Below the pieces are notes generated by a model. It had not been told where the DNA came from, did not search any database, and worked only from the letters and a program-made list of their open reading frames with translations. The position numbers and the translations under genes were made by a program. Below, piece after piece: positions 50,176-63,469 of a stretch of DNA of 64,000 nt. The stretch spans positions 57,846,001-57,910,000 of the forward strand of contig JAGIQG010000003.1 in NCBI GenBank assembly GCA_024679065.1, in the 5' to 3' direction. This DNA is from Sphyrna mokarran (lineage: Eukaryota). Each line of letters opens with the position of its first letter. Position 1 is the stretch's first letter.

Positions 50176-53100
50176 GCTGTTCTGCTTCTGTAGCACAGCA
50201 GGCCAGGAGATTCAAGCAGAGGTTGCTTAGCAGGCTCCCCACTGGGTGTCACCACCTCCAAGTCTCTGGCAGCCAGATTTCTGACACCATGCCAGAAATC
50301 GGCGTGGAGCCACATAATGTATTCAAATTATAATTTAAATCTATTTAACCCCAATTAGCAAGCCCAGGACTGCAGTCTTCAGGCCCACTAGCCTCTCCAC
50401 CAGCAGGGTTCACGACAACTTCCCACTTGTAGGGATCTAGCAGCCTGACTTTGCCGTAGCAAAGGAGTGCTATGAAAGCCCTCCAGGAGGTTGGGGTGTG
50501 GAGGGATCCCTTGGGCATTGCCACTTTGGCAGTGCCAGCCTGGGCTCCCGGCAATGCTGAGGGACAAAATGGCATTGTCCTGGGGGTACCTTGGCACTGA
50601 AGATAGGTGGAAAATAAGAAGGTTCTCTGGATTCGACTTATCGGTGTGTTTACTGGGAGAGAGGGTTGGTTTCATTTTGGACCTTGTGTGGTTTGCAGCT
50701 TACAGTGAAGCACCAGGAACTGTTAGCAGCCTCCAGTTACTTAACGGTCAGAAAAAGTGCTTGGAGAAAAGAAGCCAGTGAAAGGTCAATGTTCCATTCT
50801 GGAGAAAGTTAGTGCTCAGAGAAGGATTGAAAGCCATTTATAGTTTGGTGCTGCTAGGATGCAGGACTTCAGGGAAACAAAGGATCAATGCCAGTTTAGT
50901 GAAGTTAGTGGTATGCAAAAGAGTTGGAAGTGTGTTGATAATTAGACAAGGAATTGCAGCATTGTGAATCCTGTGAAATGCATTCTCAGCTGAAGAGAGT
51001 GAACAATCAGGAGATGAGCAGTCACTGAGGCTCTCTGAGTCAGAGCAGCTTTTAATGGAATTCGTAGGCTAGATATTCAGAAGTGAAGATTTAAATCCCT
51101 TGTGAAGGTGACAGTTGTAACAATATACTGTAGCTAATAGTAGTCACTGATGTAAGAGAAATCCCAAACCTGTTATGAAGGAGACACAGAGACTAGGATG
51201 CTTTGGTAGAGATTATTTATTGCTCAACATGGATAACTGGGATTTCAACTCTGTATACTTTAAATAAAGCGCTACTAACCCCTAACTGGATTGTAACATA
51301 AAACATGTGAACTACTTACAATTACTTCACTATCCATACTATATTCAAATGTTTTCAGGCTGAACACAAACATCGATCACATTGTGTACACTCCAATTTT
51401 ACTTGGAAATGTCTGACTCACAACCTTAAACAAAATCAGCCCAAACAAGCTCTCCAATCCCATAAAGCTGCATGTTGCATCTACCTATTATCGTATTCAC
51501 TTACGGGCTGAATGCTGACAATGATTATCAATGCTTGACATCGCAACAAGCAGAACTTTATACTTCTTTTGCAGCTTACAGGAGCAAAAAACCCACAGCA
51601 TCTTGAAAAGAAACCTCAACTTTAGACCTCAAGAATTTATGAGGAAGTTGTCCTTGGAATTATGAGAAGGGAAAGGTCAAAGGGAGATGGGGAAAGAAGA
51701 TACTTTGTGCCAACGTAGTTCATTCCATACAATGCTCTTCTCTTCCATTTTCCATTAAGCATCTTACCAGCAAAGCATGTACTTAGGTTTTTAGCAATAT
51801 CATGTCCTCTGTTGAAAACTATATGGAAGGTTGCTTATCAGAAGGCATTGTCATTTCTCTCATCTCTCACTCTAGGTGTCCCATCGGAAAAAAGAATCTG
51901 GGTTCAGCATATAAAAATGCATTGAAATCAGTACTTCACTGCATATCATACTTTACAATTACACTTCTATTTTTCTCTCTCCCAAGCTACCACTATCCTG
52001 AGAACTTTGTACATTGAGCTGGTAGGAAATGTAAAAGGTGAAACATAGATCAAGGTGCAAGCATTCTCAAAACTGACTCTAAGGCTCAAGTCCCTTTTGT
52101 TACGGACGTGGAGACATGTTAGGAAAATTTTCACCATTTTCTTCACCTCTTGGTTATTCGCAACAAGATTTTTTTAGGAGTATTTTAAAATCACAACACT
52201 CAAATGGTTTAATGAATAGACATGAAATTAGCTTTCTGCAAAATTTAAATCAAAGGAAAGGATAAATGTTTCCTTATGCAATATCCAAAATGCAAATGCA
52301 TTGAAAACACTTAGTCCCTCAAATATCGACATACGTACAAAAGAATAAGTTCGAGAACTGATACATACACTTAGATTACTAACAAAGCAACAAGAAACAA
52401 ATCAAATGTTCTTTAAGGTAAAAATGGTACAGCCTTAAAAAATTTCTTTCTCCTGGTTCTTTTAAGACAAGTGTAAGTGGAGATTTCAGGGTTTTCTCAC
52501 GAAGAAATATAATCTTGCAGGTAGGAACAAAGTAACCTGTCTGTCCACTGCCTGGGTTGACTGTCTGTTTTGGTAGAGTTCATTTCTTCTTGTTGAGAAG
52601 AAGATGATCTCTCTGTGCTGAGTGATCTCAGACTGATTTGCTATGGTTTGTTCTTGGATTAATAAGATTTATTACCTGAAGCCAGTTTCAATCAGGTGTT
52701 CACATCATTAATATTTCTATTCAATGTTAGAAGTCATTGCCATATGATGGGGAATAAATGGCAGCTGTTCATATCTCTGCGATCAAAATGGTCTCTTCAT
52801 GTCCGTTTGTTAGGTTTTGAGTTTGCAGACACAACGCTGGAATTTTACCAGCTCTCCCACCCCCACTTGGCTCACAGAAAAACATTCTCCATTGGCCTTG
52901 GGTGATTTCTTATGAGCCTAAGGCAATGAGGCAATAACATTCTGGCCCAAGTTTCATGTGACCACTGTATCTGAGTTTTGGTAATTGTTTAGACAATGTA
53001 AGCTTTAAATTATGCAAGTGATCTCACATCCTGAATGTGTCTGCTATAGAATGTCATCCATATGGACATTTATTTGCTAATGTTTTCAGGGACATGAGTT

Positions 53101-53344
53101 AGTCCCTGTTTACCCAGAAATCATAAGAAGTCCCCCACATCCCAACCCCCACACCATGTCGTGCCAAGGTAAAATGCTCACAGGCATATGATTGCAGCAT
53201 GTCATATTTCAGAACTCAAGTGCAAACATCCAGATTGATGCTCCAGCATAATATGAGGGAAAGCTGCATGGTTGACGATGCTGTCTTTTAGGTGAGATGC
53301 TAAAATGAGGCATTGTTTTGTAGAACAAGGAAGTAATCTGGAGT

Positions 53345-53700
53345 GCAACAGAGAAATACTGGAAAAGCAGGTCTAATAGCAAATATGGAAGGAGAAACAC
53401 AGTTAACATTTGAAGTCCACATAATGTAATCTGAGCTCCCTCTCTTTAGCTCTGAAGAAGAGTCACATGGACTTGAAACATTAGACGGAATTCTACCGCC
53501 TCATCCAGCTCAGGATCGGGGCTGGGCAAGGTTCGCAGAACGGCGTTCACCATTAGTTTCAGGCAGGATCTTACAAGGCTCAAGCAGGTGAGACGATAAA
53601 ATTCCAGCAATTAATTCTGTTTCTCCCTTCATAGATACTGCCAGATGTGCTGAGCCTTTTTGGCAAAATTCTATTTTCATTTAAGATTTCTGGCACCCAC
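53345..53700. mobile_element. Inverted pair of a third PLE-type terminal repeat with HHR motif, interrupted by a MITE
   Basis: CTGAAGA-A-GAGTC(ACATG)GACTT-GAAA-CA-TT at 53452-53482; 53345-53420 is approximately the reverse complement of the downstream arm. Confidence 0.55.
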
Positions 53701-55211
53701 AATATTTTGCTTTTATTTTTGTTATCTAGAATGTCCTGGCCATTATTTGTCCTTCAATCAACACCACAAAAATGAACTTATCTGTTCATTTTCACATTTT
53801 TTTGTTTGTGCGAACTTGTTGTTTACACTTGTCTGTTTAGTTTCTGCTATTATTTCTGGACTTACATTTCTAAAGTATTGCACTGTTCATAAGTGTTTGG
53901 GATGTGCAGTGGTTGTGAAAGATACTGTGTAAATGCAGTTCTTTCTTTTACAGAAGCAGTGACTGGTAGAGGAAGACGTGGAACATGGTATTGATTAACA
54001 GGAGGAATGGCAGCTTGTGTCCTATCACAGCTGCTGCACTTGGAATCTGGACCTTGCGATATTGGTTTTAAAAGGAATTAATCACTCAGTAAGCAAACAG
54101 TCAGCTTTCACACACAACATGATATGATATTAAAATCTGTACTGAAACTGTGCAGAAAGTGCAAAAGTTTGCAAGTACATTTCATCAATTGGCACTTCTA
54201 ATGTAACGCTTGAGTGTTGCCTCCAAGCTGAGAGTTAGAGAGCCATGGGCTATATTATTCATCTTCAAATATGGAGAAATTACCCTTCAGATGTACTCGG
54301 TTGTGACAATGCAATAAATATCTGCCAGATAAAACTCTCGTGTAACCCACCAACCTTAAGATAAATGGCTGGACAGCCCAAAAGCATTTCTGCACTGATG
54401 CCGCACAAGCAGACTTATTCTCTATGAGATTTAGTCATCACAGTACTAAATGTGTAGTCTGTAGCTCCTACATCTGTTGAAAAAGCTTCAGCCACTTTAA
54501 TTGCAATTATGGGAGCTGTCAAGGAGCTTAATTGGTGCTCGATATTTCTTCTTCTGGTTTTGTCTTTTGGCTGCTTTCAGCAGTAAGACAATTGAATGTA
54601 GTTATCACTGGGCTACCATACCAGCTGTTAATTTTTTTGAACTGAGTAGCAGAACTGCTGTGGTCAACCTCAAACACAAAAATTAGCCCCAGATCCATGA
54701 GGCTGTGGCAATGCATTAAATACTTGTCAGATAAGATCCATCTGTAGACGTTCTTGTTCTGGCAAGTATAATTGGTGGAATGTAACACAGTAGAGAATGT
54801 TTGGGTTGACGTCTTAACAGCAGCACACACATATGGAAAGAACAGAAGAATGCCTTCTGGACCACTATTCCTGTGATATCTTATTAGCCCTGAAAGAGGT
54901 GCAAGCAATGAACCACTCATACCAATGCAGTGATCAATTTGCAGTTTGTTTGATCTACTCAGAACTACCACTGCATAATTCCTTTCACAGAGTTGGTTGT
55001 TGAAAACACTTCCAGCTGCAGTATTCATAACTACAATTTTCATGTTTTCAAACATGTCTCTAAACTCATCACTGGTAAATTCCCTTCCATTATCAGTGAG
55101 AAATTTAACCAATGATCCAAGTCTGGTTCATGTCCATTTCTCCAAGACTTTATTCACAATCAGTTTTTTGCCCTTTAATTGTTTTACTGTTGAAAGACTA
55201 AATCAAGTTAC

Positions 55212-55550
55212 CATGATGTGGAGATGCCGATGTTGGACTGTGGTGGGCACATTTTGAAGTTTCACAACACAAGGTCAAAGTCCATCAGATTTATTTGGAA
55301 TCATGAGCTTTTGGAGCACTGCTCCTTCATTAGATGAGTGTCAATATGCATGATCTCCTTGGAGATCTTCTCCACTTTAAGCCGGCTTGCAGTGTCAATG
55401 GTAGCCATGATGTGGAAATGCTGCTGTTGGGCTGGAGTGGGCACAGTAAGAAGTCTCATAATACCAGGTTAAAGTCCAAGAAGTTTATTTGGAATCACAA
55501 ACTTTTGAAGCACTGTGCCTTCATCAGGTGGATGCACCTGACGAAGGCAC
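55212..55550 (-). repeat. Tandem (~194-nt period) copies of the short HHR-bearing PLE-related repeat ending in a mini-palindrome
   Basis: CATGATGTGGA.ATG at 55212 and 55406; HHR-like cores on the minus strand near 55300-55337 and 55495-55531; terminal GTGCCTTCATCAGGTG-GATG-CACCTGACGAAGGCAC. Confidence 0.8.
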
Positions 55551-58499
55551 TGTTAAAGTTATGTGTCAATAGACATTGTAGTGCCCTCTGATAATTATAA
55601 ATATTACACATTTTCACACAAATCTCTACGATGAACCCTATATGGTCCTCATTAACCCCATGTGCATCCTTTAGCAGGATTTTAGATGTTTGACAAGAAG
55701 AGTGAGCAATTAAAAGCAAAATACTACAGAAGCTGGAAATCTAAAATAAAAACAAAACAAAAAATCAGAAGTAGAAAATGCTGGAATAAATCCGGCAGTA
55801 TCTGTGGAGAGTTAATAGCTGGAATGTTACTGCCCTGTCTGCCATGAGAATCAGAGCGGGTGAGGGGCAAGCAATGGGAAGGTCAGTTGACTTTTGGTGG
55901 GATTTTATTGTTTTGGGATGAGCGAGGTTGTAAAATCCTGCCCAACGTTTTGAGTTTTTACAAGTCTTTTACAGAGTTAAAGAGAAGGAGAAATATGATG
56001 GCTTTTATACTGTTTAAAAGATGGTGAAGCAAATGGAGCAAAATAGAAGGTCAGGGATAGGTGGGAGGGAGCTCAGGACAGATTTGACAGAGGTCAGAGA
56101 ACACAAGACAAAGGAAATCATAATGGTAGTGTTAAAAAACTGATGAAGGTACTGATAATGGCATGAAGGTGGGATAGTGAGATGTATTAATAGCAGAATG
56201 AGGGTCAGCTCTCTGTGAAAGCAAAACTTAAGAATACGTAACCTGTGAGAGTTAGGGTTAGGAAAAACAAATGGATTTCAATAAATGGTTAAGTTGGAGT
56301 TAGGTGTTCATGGTCTGAGGTTGTTGAACTCAACGTTAAGCCAAAAGGCTGTAAACTGCCTAATCAGAAGGTGAGATACCATTTTTCTAGATTATATTGA
56401 GCTTCAGTGGAGCATTGTAACAGTCAAGGATTGACATGTTGATGTGAGAGCAAGATGGTGAGTTGAAATAGCATGGCTCTGGGACTGTTAGGCAGGGATG
56501 AATGAAGAGGTGTGGGAGATGGCTGGGACACAGGTGAGCAAACTGTCTGTGCTGCTGTGAGACAATTGCTTTTTTCCTCTCTGATTCTTACCACCGGATG
56601 CCATTATTACTTTCTAGCATCCTGATAAGAAACATCCGTTTTGTAAAGGGAATCCAGTAATGGCTTGATTGGATAAACTGCAAAGGCACTGACTTTTCAA
56701 AGGCAATTGCTTTATCATGTTCCATGTCCAGTTTCGTTTGTGCCTTTTTCGAGGAAGGCTTACTCAACAATGAAGACATCGAATTAGAGATTACATCAAT
56801 ACTAATAAAGTGGCTTACTCCAGCTACTTAACATGGAATCATCACCCTTTTTAGTGACATCAATATATTATCATCCCTGAAACTAAAACAAGTAGAACCT
56901 TCAAACTCCATGGCTATGCTTTAATTTTGATTTGATTTGATTTGATTTATTATTGTCACATGTATTAACATCCAATGAACAGTCTTGTTTTTTGCATGCC
57001 AAACAGACAAAACATATCATTCACAGAGAAGGACGCAAGAGACTGCTCCAGGTCCTAAGGATCGCCAAATCTGTAAGAAATTGCATTAAACATTGTTAGA
57101 GAGTTTAAAAGAGCTAGAATGAAGTTTTAGAGGCAGAGAACAAGAGTAAAAAATAGAATCAGAAGATATGCTGGACATAGATTGCAAGAAAAATCACCTC
57201 ACTCCAGCACCATTTTGGTTAACATTACTGAGTGAATCAGGATAATATTTTAACCAATCTGTTGCACACATTGTTGAGGTATAAACACTTTCAAACACTA
57301 TATAGTTAAATTAAACTGCAACTAATACATTCATCTCCAGACTGAAATTTTTGGAACTGACACACTTACTTCAGGCCGACCATAATCATTGGGGGCCATT
57401 TTACTGGCCCTAGGTTGCTGCGTGCCATGCGCAAGGCTGATTTTAATATTTAAATTTGAATTTAAATATTACAAGTAAGCCCAGGATGAGAACTTCACCA
57501 GTGAGATCATGTATACTCCGCCTTAATGGGGTCCTGATGTGATGCCCTCGCTGATTGGACCAGAGGCCATTAGGGCTCACGGGTCGTCAGGGAAAGGGGT
57601 GGGCGAATCACCTGGTGGATCTGGCACTACAAGCCTGGGACATTGGAAGTGTCAGCCTGGTAATCTTGCACTGCCTGATATTGCCCACTGGGCATGCTGG
57701 TACTGCCCAGCGGGCCATGCCAAAGAGCAGGGCTTGAAGAGGGTTGCATGACCTGAAGTAGGGCTTGAGGAGGCAGGGCCTAAGAGGAGACTGGGGAGCT
57801 GCACACTCTTCAATCAAGGATTGCTGGGGAGGCATTTGACTGGGCATTGCGGGGGGGACAAGAATGATGTTTGTCCAGAGAATGGTGTGGGCTGGTGATT
57901 GATTTGGGGGGAGGGAGGGGTGGTGGGATAGGAAACGGGATCGGCGATCATCTTGAGAGGGCTGGGTGGCATCAGGGCAGCAATCAGTGTGGGAGGGTCA
58001 TGGAGGCTAGCAATCGAGAAGAGGGGGTGGAGGCTAGTGATCGGGAAAGTGATATCCAGGAGGGGCATGGGGAGTGAGAGATCTCTCTGTGTACTGTTTG
58101 CACTTGATTAATTCACAGAGATATCAACGCATTCACAATGGCGCACTCTAGAGTGAGCAGCCGACTTTCCAGCGAGAACAGACTCTGTTTACTCCCCTGA
58201 TTGCTGCAAATTACATTTTACCTCTTTTTTTGCACTATGTGCCATAAGCTTCCTCCTGAGATTTTGCCAAAAAAATGGGTGCAATTCTCTCCCATTTTCA
58301 TGCTCATCTGCTCTTAGAATTTGTTTGGTAAGATTATCTTTTATCCATTATCTTCAGACCCTGAATACTCTGTTCAATGTACTTTGAGAACCCTGCTTCT
58401 GCTCTGAGCAGTTGATTATATAATAATATTTTGAGTCACTCGCAAAGCACCTGTTAGCTATTTCCCAGCCATTCCTCGAGACAATTTGCCAATTATGCA

Positions 58500-58958
58500 A
58501 CCAGGACCTGTTGGTTTGAGTTATAAGGCGAGGCTGGATAGACTGGGACTTTTTCCCCTGGAACATAGGAAGCTTATACGTGATGTTTTTGAGATCAACA
58601 AAATAATGAGAGACATAGATAATGCAGACAGTTAACATCTTTTCCCAAAGGTAGGGGAGTCTAAAACTAGAGGGCATAGGTTTAAGGTGAGAGGGGAGAG
58701 ATACAAAAGGGTCCACAGGCAATTGTTTCATACAGAGGGGGGTGAGTGTTTGAAACAAACTGCCAAAGCTAGTAGTAAAAGCAAATACAATTTTGTCTTT
58801 CAAAAAACATTTACACAATTACATGGGTAACTGAGGGCAGAGAGAGATATGGGGCAAACACAGGCAATTGGGACCAGCTTAATAGTAAAAACTGAACTGG
58901 GCAATATGGGTAAGTTGGGCTGAAGGGCCTATTACCACACCATAAACCACTATGACTC
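58500..58958 (+). mobile_element. CR1 3' fragment
   Basis: LSYKARLDRLGLFPLEHRKL; TRGHRFKVRGERYKR; 3' UTR GGGCTGAAGGGCC. Confidence 0.85.
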
Positions 58959-60195
58959 TAAGGCATTATTGCTGCCCATTTCTGTTAATTATTATAATTC
59001 TTGTTGTCTGCCATGATGTCCAGATCTACTAAAAGTAAAAATCCTACTTCTTCCAGTCTCATAACTATTCGTTTATACCAGTGCCTGTATGATCTCTATA
59101 TTCTCAAAATGCCACAATAAGTGAGTTCGCCATCCTTTGAAAGATCATTTAATTTCCCATTTGTACCATAATGACCACTTGATTGTTTTCAAGCCAGCAA
59201 GCATTTGCTCCAGAAGAGAGTCTATTTCTGAGAATCAAGCCCCAGTTATGCAACATCTGAGATCAATGCAGTATTTAAATGCAAGCCCTGAACAAGGAAT
59301 CTCCACATTGGGCTTTTACAATCTTTTAGAAAGTCTGTTAAAATCCATGATATACTCCTGCATGGAATGACTTTCAAAATTTGTCAGTGTCTGACTTTGT
59401 CTCTTAGGTATCCAATAGATCATCTTTCTGGTAAATTTGTCCCACAAAGCTTAATAGAAGAACCAACTTTTCCTCAGTATCCAACTGTTGGGCTCCCAGC
59501 TCACAAAGTACACTTGCTTCTGATATTACTTTGTTAGGAATGACAGTGCCGCAGTCATATCTTGCTTCCTCTTTTGTAGGGATATAACCTGCATCCATAT
59601 GGCCACTTCATTCTTCCATTGGTTATCGGTGTATCAGTGGAGAATCATATCTAGACAATCTATTTTCTTTCAGCTATTCTGCACAAAAGCTTTTTACCTT
59701 ATAATCGTGAAAAATGTTCTTGGTTTCCAACATTCGCCTTCAAGCAACCATTCTCTGTTATCATCTTCCATATCTCACAGCCATTTGATGAAAAAAGAGA
59801 CCAGAAGTCAATCTTTATGCAGTTTTAGATTTATTCAACAAATAAAATATTTTAAAAGTGTAGCTCCTAACTTTACAAATAACCACTGGTGTCAATAAGT
59901 GTGCCTTTATATGTGCATAATTAATGATCTGATGAGATTCCCTCTTCACTTGTAAACACTCACGCTGAGATTTCCCAGTTGTGCCTGCCCTGAGACCAGA
60001 AATTCTTGCCTGAGTCAATGGACCTTTAAATGGTCTGTCAAATGCTCCGTCCAGCTTGCACTTCTTCCTGCAGCTAGAGATATCGGAAAATTTACCCTTT
60101 AATCTTAATTTAGGTAGTTAACACGAATAATCAGCCCATCTCTACGGCTGCTTCTGAGCTGCTTCTGAGGTCAACGGGCTTGATTCAGTCCCATC

Positions 60196-62071
60196 CTCCC
60201 CATAACTTTCAACCCATTACAATTAAAAAGCTGTCTAATTCCTCCTTAAATTCACTCACTCTCTCAGCATCCACCACACTTTGGGTGGATGCTTTGGCAA
60301 GTTGCTGATGTTGTCCAGTGCAAGAATTTCAAGCTTAAACTCCAAGATATGCTGCTAAAGGGTGAGGCCTCTCGCCAGCTCAGAACATTAAGTGGTAGAT
60401 TATAGCTTTTAATTATGGGCTTTGATGGGAAGTAAATTGGGGCAGAACTGAACTGAGGGGATGATACTGGAAAGATCCATTGACATCGGGTGGGATTTCA
60501 TGTCCAATGTGTGTGAGGGGGCATTTATAAGGAGACATATCTGCCAAGTCAGGAAACTCATGTTTTCCACCTTGTTAGGAAGTATCTATCCTCAGGGTAG
60601 ACTTATCTTTCTTTTATGACCACTCCATATTGACTGTTGTCGGAGAAAAGTGGTGTGGTGCGATTGTAATGATAGTGAGTCTGAATTAAGGACGGTGAGT
60701 TAAGAACCATCCAGAGTTCTCCCCCAGGAAAGCTTTCAAGTAATATGTAATATAAAATAGATATCAGGGAGATAATCTCAAATTGAATATCTCGTTGATA
60801 CAAGCAAAGCTGAAACATAAAGAGTTAGTACCTGGATCAGGTACCAGAGATGCACTTCTGTTGAACTGTACGCCAGCATAGGAGTAACATCAATCCAGGG
60901 GAGAGGGAAGAAAATTGATAATTAAAACAAATATTTTAAAATAAAGCACCCACTGAAGTAGAACAGTTCTTATTAAAGGTGTATTATGTTGCACAGTCTA
61001 TGTGATCCACATTACAATGATGCATTTCAACATCATTCACGTGATTGCGTTCCATAGTTACATAAAACTAAGCAAGTCTGCCTCTTGGCTATGGTGAAAC
61101 ATTCCCAACAATAGAAAAGGCTGGCACTGATACATCGACACCAGCCAGCTTCCGAATCCAATTTAAAAACACAGCCTAAAGGCAATTAAACACGGCAGTA
61201 CAAATCCACAGACACAACTTCATAAGAATGGACATTTTTAAATTGACTAAAATCTTTCAGAACAGAAGCGATAGCTATTCAATCCTATTCTGGCGAATGC
61301 AGATACTATCAATGCCCACAAGCGCATTAGTTTAAGGAAACTTCTCTTTCCCATCATTGCAAGCATGATCCACAAAACAGAAGTAGGTCAGTTAAGATGT
61401 GCTAAGGGATTAATATTTACTTCACTCCTTCAGGATCAATGAACTGGATTGTCATCTACAATGAACTTCAGTCGGATAATGACAAAAAAAGGTCAAATCT
61501 GGGACTTAAAAATCATTGAATCCTGACAGTGTTGACTCTTTACCCCATGGTATTCCTGCCACCCTAAGGGAAAGGTTTTATAGTTGTTTTGATTTTTATT
61601 ATATGATCTTTAGAACAGGGATCGATTGAAAGTCAGTGAGGGTAATCATGTGAACCCATGTTTGTGGCAGAATCCCAATTCCTATGGCACATAACAGAAA
61701 TGCAAATACACATTCATAAGTTCATACGATATAGGAGCAGAATTAGGCTATTGGGGTGATTGATTCTACTACGCCATTTGATCATGGCTGATGTGCTCCT
61801 CATTCCCATTTTCCTGCCTTCTCCCGATAACCTTTCAACCCATTACAATTAAAAAGCTGTCTAATTCCTCCTTAAATTTACTCACTCTCCCAGCATCCAC
61901 CACATTTTGGGTGGATGCTTTGGCACATTGCTGATGTTTTCCAATGGAAGAATTTCAAGCTTAAACTCCAAGATATGCTGCTAAAGGATGAGGCCTCTCG
62001 CCAGCTCAGAACATTAAGTGGTAGATTATAGCTTTTAATGATGCACTTTGATGGGGAGTAAATTGGGGCAG
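60196..62071 (+). repeat. Dispersed direct duplication of ~250 bp (60196-60445 and 61821-62071)
   Basis: Long identical blocks, e.g. AAGAATTTCAAGCTTAAACTCCAAGATATGCTGCTAAAGG and GAGGCCTCTCGCCAGCTCAGAACATTAAGTGGTAGATTATAGCTTTTAAT. Confidence 0.9.
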
Positions 62072-62189
62072 GGTTATTGCCCATTTAGTGATAGCTAATC
62101 TGCTCAAATATGGTTTTCCATTAAGGCGTTCATATTTACCCCAGAAAGTTGTTGTGGTTGACTTGGAGAGGATTTGGTTAAGTTAATCC

Positions 62190-63130
62190 ATGCTTTTATT
62201 CGTAGAGTGCAGCTGGCAGTAGATGCAACCTGGTGAATCGACAACACAGGGCTATGGTCACGCGAGACAGAAAAAGCATGCTATAAACAGAGCTAAGTGT
62301 TCCCACGACTAATAAATAATGTCAAAGTTCTGGTGCACTGCCATGATCGGTGGAGGTTACTAACTGGAGGGAGAGGCACCAAAAACATTCCCAATTTTAA
62401 TGATGGTGGAGAAAAGAACTGCAGTACAAAAGATAAGACTGAAGAATTTGTCAACATCTTCAGTCAGAAGTGCTGAGTGGTTGATCCATCTCTGCCTCCT
62501 CCTGAGGCATCCAGCATTACAGATGCCAGTCTTCAGCCAATTCAATTTATGCCAAATGATATCAAGAAATGGCTGAACAGATTGGTTACAGCAAAAGTTA
62601 TGGGCTCTGTTATCATCCCGGCTGTCATACTGAAGACTTGTGTTTCAGAACTAACCATGTTCCAAGCCAAGCTGTCCCAGTGCAGCTACAATACTGGCAT
62701 TTACCCAATAATTTGGAAGATTGCCCAGTTATATTCTGTTCACAAAATGCAGAGCTAATCCAATCCTGCCATCTATCACCCTCATGAGTCTACACCAATT
62801 ATCTACAAAGTGATGGCAGAATTAATTGACAGTGCCAGCAAGTGGCATTTACTCAGCAACAAACTGCCCACCAATGTCCGCCAAGGCCACACAACTCTGC
62901 ACCTCATTACAACCTTGATCATAACATGGACAAAGGAGCTAAATTGAAAAAATGAGTGAAAGTGACAGCCCTAGATTCGAATGCAGTATTTAACCAAGCA
63001 TGAGATCCAGGAGCACTAGTAAAATTTAGAAACTAACCTCTATTCCTCGACATTATCATTCTCCGGGTGACCACTGACTGGGAACATAACTGGACCAGGC
63101 ATATAAATACCATGGTTCAATCAGGGGCTG
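62190..63130 (+). mobile_element. CR1/L2-clade LINE RT fragment
   Basis: IPAVILKTCVSEL...LSQCSYNTGIYPIIWKIAQLYSVHK. Confidence 0.8.
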
Positions 63131-63469
63131 GGAACTCACTGTAGTAAATGCAATAATTGGTGACGATTAGTTAGCTAACAAACAACAACGGGCGTATTAC
63201 TATTTACAATTATATACAGGGCGCTACAATTGATGTGTTCATTCTCAGCCCCAGCATCAATCTGGCTGCAAAAGCCTGGACTTTGCCTTGAGATTTCCAT
63301 GTTAGTTCCCCACTGGGTGACTAGGCCACATGATCATTCCAATGCAAGTCCTTTAAAGGGGCCAACTACTATCCTCCCCCTTTACAATTTTCAAAACATT
63401 AGCAAATAATGAACAGTTTAACACAGTCTATCAGAAACTAAGGCAGCGGTTCTTTCATCCCAACATGAT

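Larger units (their letters stand above)
54230..59800 (-). mobile_element. Fragmented Copia-type LTR retrotransposon (gag ~59130-59800, protease ~56595-56925, integrase ~54900-55700)
   Basis: Minus strand SMQEYIMDFNRLSKRL...EIPCSGLAFK, LLSKPSSKKAQTKLDMEHDKA...SHYWIPF, KFLTDNGREFTSDEFRDMFENMKIVVMNTAA...CERN; gag-PR-IN order with no RT recognised between PR and IN; many nested insertions. Confidence 0.65.

Noticed and set aside
50650-53170. LTR-like segments (also ~30125-30590 and ~41040-41480)
   Set aside because: Composition suggests LTR remnants, but termini and TSDs could not be defined by eye, so they are not reported as features.
61434-61520. Frame IYNELQSDNDKKRSNLGLK resembling CD247 YNELQKDK
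   Set aside because: Second ITAM tyrosine absent, the mammalian motif is split by an intron, and no other CD247-like exons were found; probably coincidence, though TBLASTN would settle it.
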